A stretch of 64,000 nt of DNA, taken from assembly GCA_947478865.1 (NCBI GenBank), contig CANJXF010000006.1:28750-92749 (forward strand). The letters are read 5' to 3'. Positions 1-10,391 of this stretch are shown here, in pieces. The position numbers and the translations under genes were made by a program. The notes below the pieces were generated by a model. The model had not been told where the DNA came from. It saw nothing but the letters and a program-made list of their open reading frames with translations, and searched no databases. Source of the DNA: Verrucomicrobiales bacterium. GTDB lineage: Bacteria > Verrucomicrobiota > Verrucomicrobiia > Limisphaerales > CANJXF01. Within the stretch, counting starts at the first letter, position 1, and every line of letters starts with the position of its first letter.

Positions 1-406
1 CAACGAGCAGAACTTCGAGCTCGCCGGTCGCCGTCGTTCCTAAAATCTGATAGTCCCAAACCACCTCTTCGAGCGGGAACGGAACGTTTTGACGAGCTTC
101 GTACTCGATGATCTGACCGACCTTTGCCGTATCGACCGGCGGAAGTTTGACGAATTTGGAGAAGACGTGAAAACCGGGCGCGCAAACGTTGATTTGCTTC
201 GAGCCAAAATTCTTTTCCGAAAACAGTTCCTGAATGGCGCGGAGAATGGCGGCCTCGCGAGTGGCTTCTTGCGCACCCTCGATGCCTAATGGCTTAATTC
301 CGTATTGTTTGAGACTGAGTCCGCCGGCTTCGTTCGGTTCGAACTCTGCCATCTTCAGACTACCTGCCCCAAAGTCTACTGCTAGAAATGACTTCGAATT
401 TAACAT
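1..406 (-). CDS. pilM: Type IV pilus assembly protein PilM (actin-like ATPase), 5' part only, runs off the window edge
   Basis: Not in the ORF track. Manual translation from ATG at 406: MLNSKSFLAVDFGAGSLKMAEF...FSKFVKLPPVDTAKVGQIIEYEARQNVPFPLEEVVWDYQIL. Has the D-x-G-x-x-S-L-K phosphate-1 motif and the EA-x-Q-x-x-P-F-P-x-E-E-V-x-x-D-Y-Q PilM signature. Confidence 0.88.
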   Translation of the reverse strand, partial: MLNSKSFLAVDFGAGSLKMAEFEPNEAGGLSLKQYGIKPLGIEGAQEATREAAILRAIQELFSEKNFGSKQINVCAPGFHVFSKFVKLPPVDTAKVGQIIEYEARQNVPFPLEEVVWDYQILGTTATGELEVLLV

Positions 407-567
407 TAAAACACAGTTAACTTTTCCTGATTCATCTCAAAAATTCTTCTGTAATTTGAGCGCATTCAGAAAAGTCTGTGTTGAGTAATGGAAATAAACA
501 TAGCGGTCAAACTGAAAAGCGTTTTTTTCGAAAGAAATCTGTTTTTCCGAGCAGCGATTTTCTTTTT

Positions 568-1545
568 TTAAATTTTTTGGCGGAAATATTCGATCGTGTT
601 CACCAGACCTTCGGCGAGCTGGACCTTCGGTTCCCATTTCAATATTTGCTTTGCTCGCCCGATGTCCGGCTTGCGCTGCTTGGGATCATCCTGCGGCAGT
701 GGCTTGTGAACGATTCGGCTGCGCGAACCGGTCGCGTTGATGATTTCCCGGGCGAACTGCAGCATGGTCATTTCGTTCGGATTTCCGATGTTCACCGGCT
801 CGTTCGTTTCGCTCATCATCAGTCGGAAAATGCCCTCAATCAAATCCGAGCAGTAACAGAAGCTTCGCGTTTGCGTACCTTCGCCAAAAATCGTCACCGG
901 TTTATTGCGCAGAGCCTGACTGATGAACGCGGGAACGACCCTTCCGTCGTTGAGTCGCATCCGGGGTCCGTAGGTGTTGAAGATACGGACAATTTTCGTG
1001 TCAATGCGATGCTCGCGATGGTAGGCCATTACAAGCGCTTCGCCGAAGCGTTTGGATTCATCGTAACATCCGCGGGGGCCGATGGTGTTTACATTGCCCC
1101 AGTAATCTTCTCGTTGCGGGTGCACCAGTGGATCGCCGTAGATTTCCGAGGTCGATGCGAGAAGAAACTTTGCGCCTTTATGTTTGGCGAGGCCGAGGGC
1201 TTTGTGCGTGCCGAGCGATCCGACTTTCAAGGTTTGAATCGGCAATTCCAAATAATCAATCGGGCTGGCCGGGGAAGCGAAATGCCAGACGTAATCAACC
1301 GCCTCTTGTAAAAACAGAAACTCGGTGACGTCCTGCTGTATGAATTTAAAATTCGGATTTCCTGCGAGGTGAGAAATGTTATCCACGCTGCCCGTGACAA
1401 AGTTATCGATCGCAATGACCTTGTGTCCCCGGGCGATCAGCAGATCGGTCAGATGCGAACCCAAAAAGCCAGCGCCACCGGTGATGACGGAGATGGGTTG
1501 TTTGGTTTTGGTTCGCCTGGTTTTCGCCTTGGTTTTCATTGCCAT
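568..1545 (-). CDS. uxs: UDP-glucuronic acid decarboxylase (UDP-xylose synthase), extended SDR
   Basis: Motifs [40 protein letters not shown] and [10 protein letters not shown]. Start probably ATG 1545; the ORF track extends to 1590. Confidence 0.9.
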   Translation of the reverse strand: MAMKTKAKTRRTKTKQPISVITGGAGFLGSHLTDLLIARGHKVIAIDNFVTGSVDNISHLAGNPNFKFIQQDVTEFLFLQEAVDYVWHFASPASPIDYLELPIQTLKVGSLGTHKALGLAKHKGAKFLLASTSEIYGDPLVHPQREDYWGNVNTIGPRGCYDESKRFGEALVMAYHREHRIDTKIVRIFNTYGPRMRLNDGRVVPAFISQALRNKPVTIFGEGTQTRSFCYCSDLIEGIFRLMMSETNEPVNIGNPNEMTMLQFAREIINATGSRSRIVHKPLPQDDPKQRKPDIGRAKQILKWEPKVQLAEGLVNTIEYFRQKI

Positions 1546-1659
1546 AATTCGGAGCCTTTCGCGGGTTTTGTTCGATGTGCCGTTATCCACGGACCTGAAT
1601 CTGACACATCAAAAGCAGAAAAACCAATTACGTTTCCTCTGAATTATATGGTGAACCGC

Positions 1660-3069
1660 TTACTTCGCTCCCTTGGCGAAGAGCACGACGGGAACGGTCC
1701 ACCAGAGGATTTTGAAATCGAGCCAGAGCGACCAATTGTCGATGTATTCCAAATCCAGCCGGACCCAATCTTTGAAGTTGGTCACGTCGTTTCGCCCTTT
1801 CACTTGCCAGAGGCAGGTCAATCCCGGCTTGACGCTGAGGCGACGGCGATGGGCCAGGTCATCGAAGCGTTTGACTTCTTCCACGGGCAACGGGCGCGGG
1901 CCGACCAGGCTCATTTCGCCTCGCAAAATGTTGAGCAGTTGCGGCAGCTCATCGATGCTTAACTTCCGCAGCCATCGACCGATCGGCGTAATGCGCGGGT
2001 CTTTTGTTACTTTGAAAACCGGTCCGGTCATCTCGTTCATCGAGAGGATTTCGTGCTGACGCTGCTCGGCATTCGTGACCATCGAACGAAATTTGTACAT
2101 CGTGAACGGCTGGCCGTTTAGCCCGCTGCGTTTCTGTTTGAAAAAAATCGGCCCCGGCGACATGAATTTGATCGCAATCGCAGCAAACAAAAATAGGGGT
2201 GAAGCGAGAATCAGCAGAACGGTTGCTCCAACCAGATCAACCAATTGCTTGACGACCGCCTGCCAGGAATTTTCTGGGCCAGAATGAAAAACGAGCATCG
2301 GACGGCCATAGAAATCATCGAAGCTCGTCCGCGAAATCTGCGTTTTGAAAAAATCAGCGACCAACCATGTTTCCACGCCTTCCAATTCGCAGGCGAGAAT
2401 GGCTTTTTCCACCTGGCCGAAATAGCTGTGCTTGGCGTTGACGATCACTCCGTTGACTGAATGCTCGTGCAGAAAATGCAGCAGTTGTTCCGTTGAGGTT
2501 TCGTTCAGGTCAAATTCCGCGAGTATCTCCACTTCCTGTTCCGCCTTGACCGCAATCTCCCTGCGCAAGCGCATCGTGTCTTCCTTTGACCCGATGAGAA
2601 TCAATCGCTTCTTCAATTGCGCCTGCCCGAACTGACTTTTGTAGCCGATGTAGACCAATTCTTCCTTGATGAAGAGCAAAACAAAACTGAGCGGGCCGAA
2701 TAAAATAATGACCGCGCGTGGCGCCACCAACCGCGACATAAAAATAACCAGGATAACGCCAATGGTAATCAAGCAGCAGGCTTTGAAAAGAATCCAAGCC
2801 GTCATGCGCCGGGAGGCCAGCGAGGGCCGTTGATAAAAACCCTGGAGTTCCAGCACCAGCGGGGAAAAGAAACCGATCACCAGATACATCCAGTTGTAAT
2901 CCGGAAACGCGGTGGTGGGATCGCCGAGCAGATTGAAACCGAAAATATTAATTCCACCGCCGTTGGTTTGGGCGCGGACCCAGTGCGCCAGCCAAAAGGC
3001 AACCGTGATCAGAGCAGCGTCCATCAATTGATGGATTTGCGTTCTCATTTGTCGATCGCGGCGCAACAT
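1660..3069 (-). CDS. Polyprenyl-phosphate glycosylphosphotransferase (priming GT, WcaJ/WbaP-like)
   Basis: N-terminal TM helices followed by a Bac_transf domain: KFRSM, DPRIT..GR.LRK.SIDELPQL.N.L.GEMSLVGPRP, KPGLT..WQV.GR. Confidence 0.93.
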   Translation of the reverse strand: MLRRDRQMRTQIHQLMDAALITVAFWLAHWVRAQTNGGGINIFGFNLLGDPTTAFPDYNWMYLVIGFFSPLVLELQGFYQRPSLASRRMTAWILFKACCLITIGVILVIFMSRLVAPRAVIILFGPLSFVLLFIKEELVYIGYKSQFGQAQLKKRLILIGSKEDTMRLRREIAVKAEQEVEILAEFDLNETSTEQLLHFLHEHSVNGVIVNAKHSYFGQVEKAILACELEGVETWLVADFFKTQISRTSFDDFYGRPMLVFHSGPENSWQAVVKQLVDLVGATVLLILASPLFLFAAIAIKFMSPGPIFFKQKRSGLNGQPFTMYKFRSMVTNAEQRQHEILSMNEMTGPVFKVTKDPRITPIGRWLRKLSIDELPQLLNILRGEMSLVGPRPLPVEEVKRFDDLAHRRRLSVKPGLTCLWQVKGRNDVTNFKDWVRLDLEYIDNWSLWLDFKILWWTVPVVLFAKGAK

Positions 3070-3107
3070 ATTTATTCTTCCACCGTCATCCTAAGCAGAG
3101 AAGCGGT

Positions 3108-3887
3108 TCATTTAAAAGCGGTTTGCACATTTGTAAGCGCTGCGCTGGGTTTCGGCGTCCCCGCGGCGAGCTGAAATTGAGGGGCGGATTTTGCGATGAA
3201 CTTTTTCATCTCGTTAAACGTTGCCTCTTCGTTTCCAGGATAACAGCGCGAGAAATAGCTGATGTAGGCCCACCGTTCCAACGTGCCGGTGCGCAACAGG
3301 TTTTTCGCCATCGAAATCATTCGCTCGTTGTGGCTGGCGGTAAGTTTCTGGTCGGCGACGAACCAATACGCATAGATGCCGCGAATGGTTTGCATCGCTC
3401 CGGATTCGTCTTTGTGGCGAATGCTCGCCGTCAATTTCATGAGGGGCAATTCGTAGGGAAAGGGCTTTTCCATTTTGACGGTCACCAATTCGCTCTGCTC
3501 AATCGTCCACCCCTGCCCTTCGAGGCAAAATTGCGGTTTGTGCAAACTCGTGCGGTCCTGGCCCATTAACACCACGCCGACATCCACATTTTTCATCGTG
3601 TTGGGAACCCAGTAGCGACGTTTGCCGAAGGTCGTGTCCTTGGGCAGCATCGTTAGCTCAATCGTGCTAACCGGCAATATGCCCGATTCGTAGCCCAACA
3701 CGTCCTCAGGCAAAATCACCGTCACCTCGGCAACGCGATTCGTGTTCTCATCGAACAACGGCGTGTTGCCAAGCAAAACACCGGGTGCCCCCAAACGTTG
3801 ATTGCCTTTGACGTGGAACAAAAAGCCCGCTGTCGATCCGATCATCGCAAGCCCGGCCAAAAATAAAATCCATTGCGTTTTTTTCAT
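3108..3887 (-). CDS. epsI: Exosortase-associated EpsI family protein
   Basis: N-terminal TM; DRTSLHKPQFCLEGQGW matches the EpsI H-x-P-x-x-C-x-x-x-x-G-W motif, plus YAYWF. Overlaps the exosortase stop. Confidence 0.85.
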   Translation of the reverse strand: MKKTQWILFLAGLAMIGSTAGFLFHVKGNQRLGAPGVLLGNTPLFDENTNRVAEVTVILPEDVLGYESGILPVSTIELTMLPKDTTFGKRRYWVPNTMKNVDVGVVLMGQDRTSLHKPQFCLEGQGWTIEQSELVTVKMEKPFPYELPLMKLTASIRHKDESGAMQTIRGIYAYWFVADQKLTASHNERMISMAKNLLRTGTLERWAYISYFSRCYPGNEEATFNEMKKFIAKSAPQFQLAAGTPKPSAALTNVQTAFK

Positions 3888-4855
3888 GCGGTTTGCTTCT
3901 CGGCGGGCGTGGGAGCTTCAGGTTCGCGCAGCCACACGCCCATGAGCAGCATCGCCACAATCGCGACGATGTAAGTCAGGAACCCGGACCATTCGTGGAC
4001 GAAGTCGCCGGTTTTTTGGCCGAACGCTTCCGCGGCAACCACAATGCTGGTGAGGCGCAGGACATTGCTCGCCACGGCCAATGGCACAGCCATGAAGATG
4101 ACAAGAAGCTGTTTCCAGGTTTTTTTAAACGTCATCAGCCCATAAATCGTGGTCAGGGCCAGAAGCGAAATCAAACTGCGAATTCCGCTGCAAGCGGCCG
4201 CGACGTCGTAATTGTAGGCGCCGTTCGCATCGAAAAGCTGGGTTCCTTTTTTTATCACGGTCAGGCCAAAAACGCCGTGCGTGATGCCATAAGTGATATT
4301 CGTCGCAAAAAGCCGCAGTGGAAATGTGACCGTCTCCACATAACCGCCCACCGGAACACAAAAGACAAACAGCACGAACGGGAAAAAAGTTGCTTTCAAC
4401 CAACCCACACCCCAGGCCAGCCCAATCAAACCGTAGATGCCCAAAAAGAGGCCGCAAATGGAAACGCGGGGTTGTTGCACAAGAAAACCGAACGCATGCA
4501 GCAGCAAGGCGAAACCAACCATGATCAAGCCCGGCCACCAGGTTTTTTGGGGCGTGGCCAGCAGTTCTTTTCGCTTCCACCAAAATAAGGCGAGCACCGC
4601 AAATGGAATCAACATGCCGTGGCCGTCCTCGGTGTTCTTAGCGTTGTAGAGGTCATACATCCAGTTCATCAGCGACGTCGTGTCGATGTAGCCGAAAGTG
4701 GAATTGCCAATGAAATGAAACAGGGCGAACCACGCGGCGAGCAGGCCGAAGAAGAGCCGTTTGTTGGAGAGCGCCTGCCAGCAGGCGCGGAATTCATCGC
4801 GAAATCCCGGGCTCTCTTCCGTCGGGCTGGTTGGGGTTGCGATTTCGGTGCTCAT
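3884..4855 (-). CDS. Exosortase (EpsH family)
   Basis: About 8 TM helices. Catalytic triad motifs VAAACSGIRS (Cys), NVLR (Arg) and VHEW.G (His), plus HGMLIP. Confidence 0.92.
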   Translation of the reverse strand: MSTEIATPTSPTEESPGFRDEFRACWQALSNKRLFFGLLAAWFALFHFIGNSTFGYIDTTSLMNWMYDLYNAKNTEDGHGMLIPFAVLALFWWKRKELLATPQKTWWPGLIMVGFALLLHAFGFLVQQPRVSICGLFLGIYGLIGLAWGVGWLKATFFPFVLFVFCVPVGGYVETVTFPLRLFATNITYGITHGVFGLTVIKKGTQLFDANGAYNYDVAAACSGIRSLISLLALTTIYGLMTFKKTWKQLLVIFMAVPLAVASNVLRLTSIVVAAEAFGQKTGDFVHEWSGFLTYIVAIVAMLLMGVWLREPEAPTPAEKQTA

Positions 4856-4975
4856 TATTTTCCCGGACGAACCGGAATGGTTTTCATTAGTGTCGCGTGC
4901 TCAATTTCCGGATCGGTCAGTCAGGCAGAATCATACAACCAAACCGGTCAACTTCAACAGCAGGAATATTGATCC

Positions 4976-6445
4976 TCAGTGCGTCGGCCTTTCCCAAACC
5001 GAGAATGCCGGCAACGTGGATCGCTGTAGGTATTTTGCATTTTTCAAGAATTGACCAACGGCATTTTGAGAATCGTAAACATCGGGTTTGGACACGAGAA
5101 CCACGTCGGGTGGGGCGTCAGGCAGGGAATTTGCCGCCACGTTGTTGATCAATATGACATTGCCCTGGGAGATTTCGCTGCGGATCGGCACTTTGTAAAA
5201 TAGGGCGCTGAAACGATCGGCATTCCACCACACGGTTTTTCCGCTCGATGACGCGGCTTTCGCGATTTCAGCCGCGCCGCGGTAATCGTCCTTTCGATGT
5301 CGGTCAGCCAAACGCAGCGACAAACAGGAGACCAGATTAAATCCGATGAACAAGGCAGCCAAGATTCTGGGGATGGCGCCGGGGCGGTTCAAGAGTTGAG
5401 CCAGGCCGAATCCAAGCCAGACCAGCACAGCCACGATCAACGGGGAGAAATGCCGGCCCAACACCCGAAAATGAGCCAGGAACCCAAGCGCCAGAAGGCT
5501 TGCGGCGGCACCGGCTAAAAAAAAGGCGGACCAGAAAAGAATTTTTTGCGATGCGAATTTGCCGCGCTCGCGCCACGCCATCCACAAAACGCCACCGAGA
5601 ACCACGGCGTAAATTCCCAGGATTCCGGCGTAGGGTCGAAGTGCGATGAGTCCGTTGTCCCGGATTTCCAGACGGCCGGGCCCGAGTCCGCTGAAACCGA
5701 GAAACTCGTAGCCAACGAACAACAAGTTTTTGAAATCTGTTCCAGCCGCACCCGATGCGCGCGCCCCGAGGCTGAGCGTCCACGCGAAATAAACTCCCAA
5801 CCCGAGCATAGCCAGGAACGTCACCGACCAGAGGACGGGAAAGGGCTTGACCCATTTCCAAATTCGTTTTGGACCAAGGATGAATAAGGAACTCGCCAGC
5901 GCGGCACTCAGCCAGATCACTCCCAAAAGATTGCTGCCGCAAACGAGGAACATCCCAGCTCCCAGACCAGCGGACCAAAGGCGTTGGGAGGCGTGCGAAA
6001 GTTCCAGGCCGGAATTGAGGCGGCAGAGCGCGGCTAAAATCAAAAATGTGCCGCCCAGTTGCATGATGTAGGGGCGCGCCTCGTTCAAATAGAACCAGAG
6101 GAACGGGGAAAGTGCGGCGACGACGAAAATTCCGAATCGCAGCTTTTTAAGCTCGGAGAGCGCATTGAGCAAAGCGCCGAAGCCAAGGAGAAGCCACGGC
6201 AAATTACTGAGGCGAAGGAGCCATTCGCTCGATCCAATCCATTTTTCCCAGGCCCACAGATACGCCATGAAAAGCGGCATCTGCAATTCCGAGCCTCGAT
6301 CGTGAATCATCTGGTTCCAGCACGCTTTTAAGGTGGGCAAGCCGGCCTGCCACGCCGTGGTGGCCTCATCAATCCACAAGCTTTGATTGGAAATGGCGGC
6401 AAGAGCAGCCGCACAAAAAAGGAAAATAAGCGGCCAAACTTTCAT
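4976..6445 (-). CDS. GT-C fold polytopic membrane glycosyltransferase (GT39/GT83, PMT/ArnT-like)
   Basis: SLWIDE after TM1, P-L-x-x-x-Y-L-W-x-W, WLLRLS, NEARPY and DDYRGAA motifs, with many TM helices. Confidence 0.75.
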   Translation of the reverse strand: MKVWPLIFLFCAAALAAISNQSLWIDEATTAWQAGLPTLKACWNQMIHDRGSELQMPLFMAYLWAWEKWIGSSEWLLRLSNLPWLLLGFGALLNALSELKKLRFGIFVVAALSPFLWFYLNEARPYIMQLGGTFLILAALCRLNSGLELSHASQRLWSAGLGAGMFLVCGSNLLGVIWLSAALASSLFILGPKRIWKWVKPFPVLWSVTFLAMLGLGVYFAWTLSLGARASGAAGTDFKNLLFVGYEFLGFSGLGPGRLEIRDNGLIALRPYAGILGIYAVVLGGVLWMAWRERGKFASQKILFWSAFFLAGAAASLLALGFLAHFRVLGRHFSPLIVAVLVWLGFGLAQLLNRPGAIPRILAALFIGFNLVSCLSLRLADRHRKDDYRGAAEIAKAASSSGKTVWWNADRFSALFYKVPIRSEISQGNVILINNVAANSLPDAPPDVVLVSKPDVYDSQNAVGQFLKNAKYLQRSTLPAFSVWERPTH

Positions 6446-6505
6446 GGCTGACGCGCTGTTTGCCGCATCGCCGGAAACGGGTAAGCGCTCGGGATCGCCA
6501 CAGGA

Positions 6506-7483
6506 TTATTTGCGCTGAGTCATTTCGCCGTAAATCCAGGCGTAAGTTTTTTCCAGGCCATCGCGCAGCCGCACGTTGGGCTCCCAGCCGAGATATTTTT
6601 TGATCAACGTGTTGTCGCTGTTGCGTCCGTTCACCCCTTTGGGCGCGGACAAATTGTAGCTGCGCTTGAGCTTGATTCCGGCGATGTCCTCGACGATGTC
6701 CACCAGTTGGTTAATAGAAACCAGTTCGCTGCTGCCAAGATTGATTGGCTCTAAAATATCGCTGGCCAGAATGGTTTGGGTTCCTTTCAAGCAATCGTCG
6801 ATATACATGAAACTGCGGGTCTGATGGCCATCTCCCCAGATTTCGATTTCGTGTTTGCCGGAAAGTTTTGCGGCAATGACTTTCCGGCAAATCGCGGCAG
6901 GCGCTTTTTCGCGACCGCCTTCATAGGTTCCGAGCGGCCCGTAAACATTGTGGTAGCGAGCGACGCGGCTTTGCACGCCAAAATCTTCGCGGAAATGGCG
7001 GCACATGCGTTCGCTGAAAAGTTTTTCCCAGCCGTAGCCGTCTTCGGGCATCGCGGGATACGCATCGGATTCCTTCAACGCGGTGACGTTTGGATCGCGC
7101 TGTTTGTCGGCATTGTAAACGCAAGCCGATGACGCGTAGAAAAATCGTTGCGCACCGTACTTCTTGGCGGCTAGGAGCAAATGCGTGTTGATCAAAACCG
7201 TCAGCATGCAGAGGCCCTTGTTAAGTTCGATGAAACCCATGCCGCCCATGTCCGCCGCCAGATTGTAAACGACGCGCGCATCTTTCAATGCCGTTTCGCA
7301 GGCTTCCTTTTCCTGAAGATCGAGCTGCAAGTTCTCCACTTCCGGAAAGGTTTGATACCATTCGCTGAACGGTTTGATATCGACGGAGCGAACATTGGTG
7401 TGGCCCTGGCGCAGAAGGTCGGCAATAAGATGACCGCCGATAAAACCACCGCCGCCGCAAACCACAATTTTATCTGATTTCAT
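6506..7483 (-). CDS. GDP-mannose 3,5-epimerase-like NAD-dependent epimerase
   Basis: GGGGFIGGH, NLAADMGGMGFI, YASSACVY, DGYGWEKL and GGREKAPAA.CRK, the GME signatures. Start ATG 7483. Confidence 0.85.
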   Translation of the reverse strand: MKSDKIVVCGGGGFIGGHLIADLLRQGHTNVRSVDIKPFSEWYQTFPEVENLQLDLQEKEACETALKDARVVYNLAADMGGMGFIELNKGLCMLTVLINTHLLLAAKKYGAQRFFYASSACVYNADKQRDPNVTALKESDAYPAMPEDGYGWEKLFSERMCRHFREDFGVQSRVARYHNVYGPLGTYEGGREKAPAAICRKVIAAKLSGKHEIEIWGDGHQTRSFMYIDDCLKGTQTILASDILEPINLGSSELVSINQLVDIVEDIAGIKLKRSYNLSAPKGVNGRNSDNTLIKKYLGWEPNVRLRDGLEKTYAWIYGEMTQRK

Positions 7484-7514
7484 AGGTAAAAAGTGCGGCA
7501 CTCTAAAGGCGGCC

Positions 7515-8282
7515 TTATTCGAGTGCAAATTTTTTTATTCGCAAAAGCTGACAGGCCGCTTGGAACACGAAGCGCGGATTGTTTTTGAAATAACGCCGCC
7601 AAAGTCGCTTCGGTTCGACGCACAAACGGAAGAACCATTCCAGGCCGGACCGTTGCATCCAGCGGGGTGCCTGAACAATTCGCCCGCTGTGAAAATCAAA
7701 CGCCGCGCCGACGCCGACCATCAGCGTGACGTCGAGTTTTGGCAGGTATTGCGCCATGAATTTTTCCTGTTTTGGCGTGCTCAAACCAACCCAAAAGATG
7801 TCCGGCCGGGTTTCAGTCACGAGACGTTCAAGGTCAATTTCCTCCTCTGCGCTCAAGGGGCGGAACGGCGGTTCATAAGTGCCGACGATTTCAATTCCGG
7901 GAAATCGCGCTTCCATCTTGTTTTTCAATTCCCGCGCAACCCCGTTTGCTCCGCCATAAAAAAAATGTCGAAAACCGGACGCGCGGGAAATCTCCATGAT
8001 CTCCAGCATCAGGTCGGGGCCGTAAACGCGGTTCATCTGGCTGAATCCCTGCAAGCGGCCCATCCAGGTCATCGGCATGCCGTCGGGCGTGACAAGAAAG
8101 GCGCGATTGTGAATGACACGAATCTTCGGGTCGTCCTGCGATTCCATGATGCCATGAACTCCGGTGACGCAGACGTAGCCTTTCCGCTGGTTTTTCACGG
8201 CATAAACAAAGGCGCTTTTCGCCAACTCCATATTGATGGCGCTGACGCCGACACCTAACACATTAACTCGATCAATCTGCAT
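7515..8282 (-). CDS. WecG/TagA/CpsF family glycosyltransferase (GT26)
   Basis: PDGMP, RVYGPDLM, VGLSTPKQE, GVGAAFDF, AP.WMQ..GLEW..RL..EP.RL.RRY. Start probably 8282. Confidence 0.93.
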   Translation of the reverse strand: MQIDRVNVLGVGVSAINMELAKSAFVYAVKNQRKGYVCVTGVHGIMESQDDPKIRVIHNRAFLVTPDGMPMTWMGRLQGFSQMNRVYGPDLMLEIMEISRASGFRHFFYGGANGVARELKNKMEARFPGIEIVGTYEPPFRPLSAEEEIDLERLVTETRPDIFWVGLSTPKQEKFMAQYLPKLDVTLMVGVGAAFDFHSGRIVQAPRWMQRSGLEWFFRLCVEPKRLWRRYFKNNPRFVFQAACQLLRIKKFALE

Positions 8283-8379
8283 TCGCGCAGTGAATATCGG
8301 GAGAATTTGGCCGGATTCAACTCTCTTCTGGTGTTTGGCTGCGTTCTGCATTAATTGTTTGGCTCCGCTGAAGTCGTAA

Positions 8380-9606
8380 ATGAAATTGGTTGTATTTGCA
8401 CACGTTCCGCCTCCGCACCATGGCCAAAGCTACATGGTGCACCTGATGCTGAACGGTTTCGGCGGCGATCAAAGAGGGAAGCATCCGCAGTCAATTCCTG
8501 AAGCGAGCAACAGTTACGACATCACCTGTTACCACGTCAACGCGCGGCTCTCGCGGGACCTGGAACAGATCGGCGAACTTCGTCCGAAGAAAATCCTGCT
8601 GCTGTTTGGCTATTGCCTCAAGGCCATCTGGTGTCGCTTTCGCTACGGAGCCAAAGCGCTCTACTACATTCCCGCTCCGGGAAAGCGTTCGGCCCTGTTC
8701 CGCGATTGGATGGTGATGATGCTTTGCCGCCCGTTTTTTCCGAAAATCATTCTGCACTGGCACGCCGCCGGGTTGTCCAAATGGCTCGAGACGGCGCTGC
8801 AGATTCGCGCCCGTTCCTTTACTTACAAATGTCTGAAACAAGCCGACCTCAGCATCATCCTCTCGCGGCACAATCGCGCCGATGCCGAGAAGCTGCTGCC
8901 GCAAAGGATCGAGCTTGTCCCAAATGGCATTCCGGATCCTTGCCCGGATTTTGAAATGGCCATCCTGCCTTACCGATTGGCCAGGCAAGAAGCGCGCAGG
9001 AGAATTCGCGCCGGTGAAAATGCTTCACCGCTGACCACCGGCAGCGCGTCGAACGTGTTTCAAGTTCTTTACCTGGCCCATTGCACGCGCGACAAAGGCG
9101 TCTTCGACGCAATTGCCGGCGTGCTGAAAGCGAATGAAAAACTGGCGCGGGAAAACTCCCCGATCACGATCAAGCTGAATATTGCCGGAGGATTCTTCAA
9201 CCAGAACGAAGAATCGGAGTTTTTTGAAATCCTGAAGCAGCCTGGGGCCGCCAAAAATATCCACTACATGGGCTTTGTCTCGGGCGAGCAAAAGGATGCC
9301 GCCCTGCGAGCCGCGGACCTGTTCTGTTTTCCGACGTATTACCGCAATGAAAATCAGCCCGTAAACTTAATTGAAGCGCTGGCCTATGGTTTGCCGGTGA
9401 TTACCACCCGCTGGCGTTCCGTGCCTGAAACTCTGCCCGACGACACCGGCATTGTGAGCCCGCGGAATCCCGATCAGATTGCCGATGCGCTCGTGCATCT
9501 GATGGCGCAAAGTTACGGCGACGCCTTCCGCCAACATTTCCTGAACAACTTCAAAATCGAACGGCATCTGGAAAAACTCGCCGCCGCGTTTCACAGCATC
9601 GAATGA
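8380..9606 (+). CDS. Glycosyltransferase family 4
   Basis: PPPHHGQ, VPNGI, KG, FPTYY..EN.P..LIEALAYGLPVITT (E-x7-E motif). Confidence 0.9.
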   Translation: MKLVVFAHVPPPHHGQSYMVHLMLNGFGGDQRGKHPQSIPEASNSYDITCYHVNARLSRDLEQIGELRPKKILLLFGYCLKAIWCRFRYGAKALYYIPAPGKRSALFRDWMVMMLCRPFFPKIILHWHAAGLSKWLETALQIRARSFTYKCLKQADLSIILSRHNRADAEKLLPQRIELVPNGIPDPCPDFEMAILPYRLARQEARRRIRAGENASPLTTGSASNVFQVLYLAHCTRDKGVFDAIAGVLKANEKLARENSPITIKLNIAGGFFNQNEESEFFEILKQPGAAKNIHYMGFVSGEQKDAALRAADLFCFPTYYRNENQPVNLIEALAYGLPVITTRWRSVPETLPDDTGIVSPRNPDQIADALVHLMAQSYGDAFRQHFLNNFKIERHLEKLAAAFHSIE

Positions 9607-10391
9607 AGTTCTCCATCGTCACACCCAGCCTGAATCAGGGCGGATTCATCCGCGATTGCATCGAAAGCGTCCGCGCCCAGACCGGGGTCGATTGGGAACA
9701 CATCGTCATTGACGCCGGATCGACCGATGAAACGATTTCTATCGTGAAAGAATATCCGCACCTGAAATGGATTTCAGAGCCGGACAAAGGCATGAGCGAC
9801 GGCATCAATAAAGGATTTCTCAAGGCGCAAGGCGAATGGCTGATGTGGCTCAACGCGGATGATTACCTTGTTCCCGGCTCGCTCGCGAAAGTCGCTGAGT
9901 TCGCAAAAAAGAATGCCGACGCGGACGTGATTTACGGCGAATGTATTTTCGTCGATGAATCGAAAAAAGTCATTCGGCGCCGATGGGAACATGGCTTTGA
10001 TTTTTCGATCCTGCTCTTTTACGGCTGCTTTATTCCATCCACCTCGACATTCATTCAGCGGAAAGTGATTGCCGCCGGAGAATTGCTGAACATCGAATAC
10101 CGGGTCTGCATGGACTTCGAGCTTTACGTGCGCTTGTCCGAGCACGGTTATAAATTCAAGTTCCTTCCCGATGCGCTGGCTTGTTTCCGCTGGCATCCCA
10201 CCAACACGAGCACGACTCAATCGAAACGGCGTTATCAGGAACGACTTCGCGTGCAGCAGGAATACCTTCGCCGACATGGAAAAAACTGGATCGCTGGCGA
10301 AAAAACTATTTTTGCGCTGTGGCGTTTGATCACCATAAAGAGGCTGGTTCTCCGCTTAGTTTCCCGCTATTTTCGGCGGCAAAATGTTTAA
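9603..10391 (+). CDS. Glycosyltransferase family 2
   Basis: SIVTPSLNQ, IDAGSTD.T, SEPDKG, WLNADD (DxD) and MDFEL. Confidence 0.93.
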   Translation: MKFSIVTPSLNQGGFIRDCIESVRAQTGVDWEHIVIDAGSTDETISIVKEYPHLKWISEPDKGMSDGINKGFLKAQGEWLMWLNADDYLVPGSLAKVAEFAKKNADADVIYGECIFVDESKKVIRRRWEHGFDFSILLFYGCFIPSTSTFIQRKVIAAGELLNIEYRVCMDFELYVRLSEHGYKFKFLPDALACFRWHPTNTSTTQSKRRYQERLRVQQEYLRRHGKNWIAGEKTIFALWRLITIKRLVLRLVSRYFRRQNV

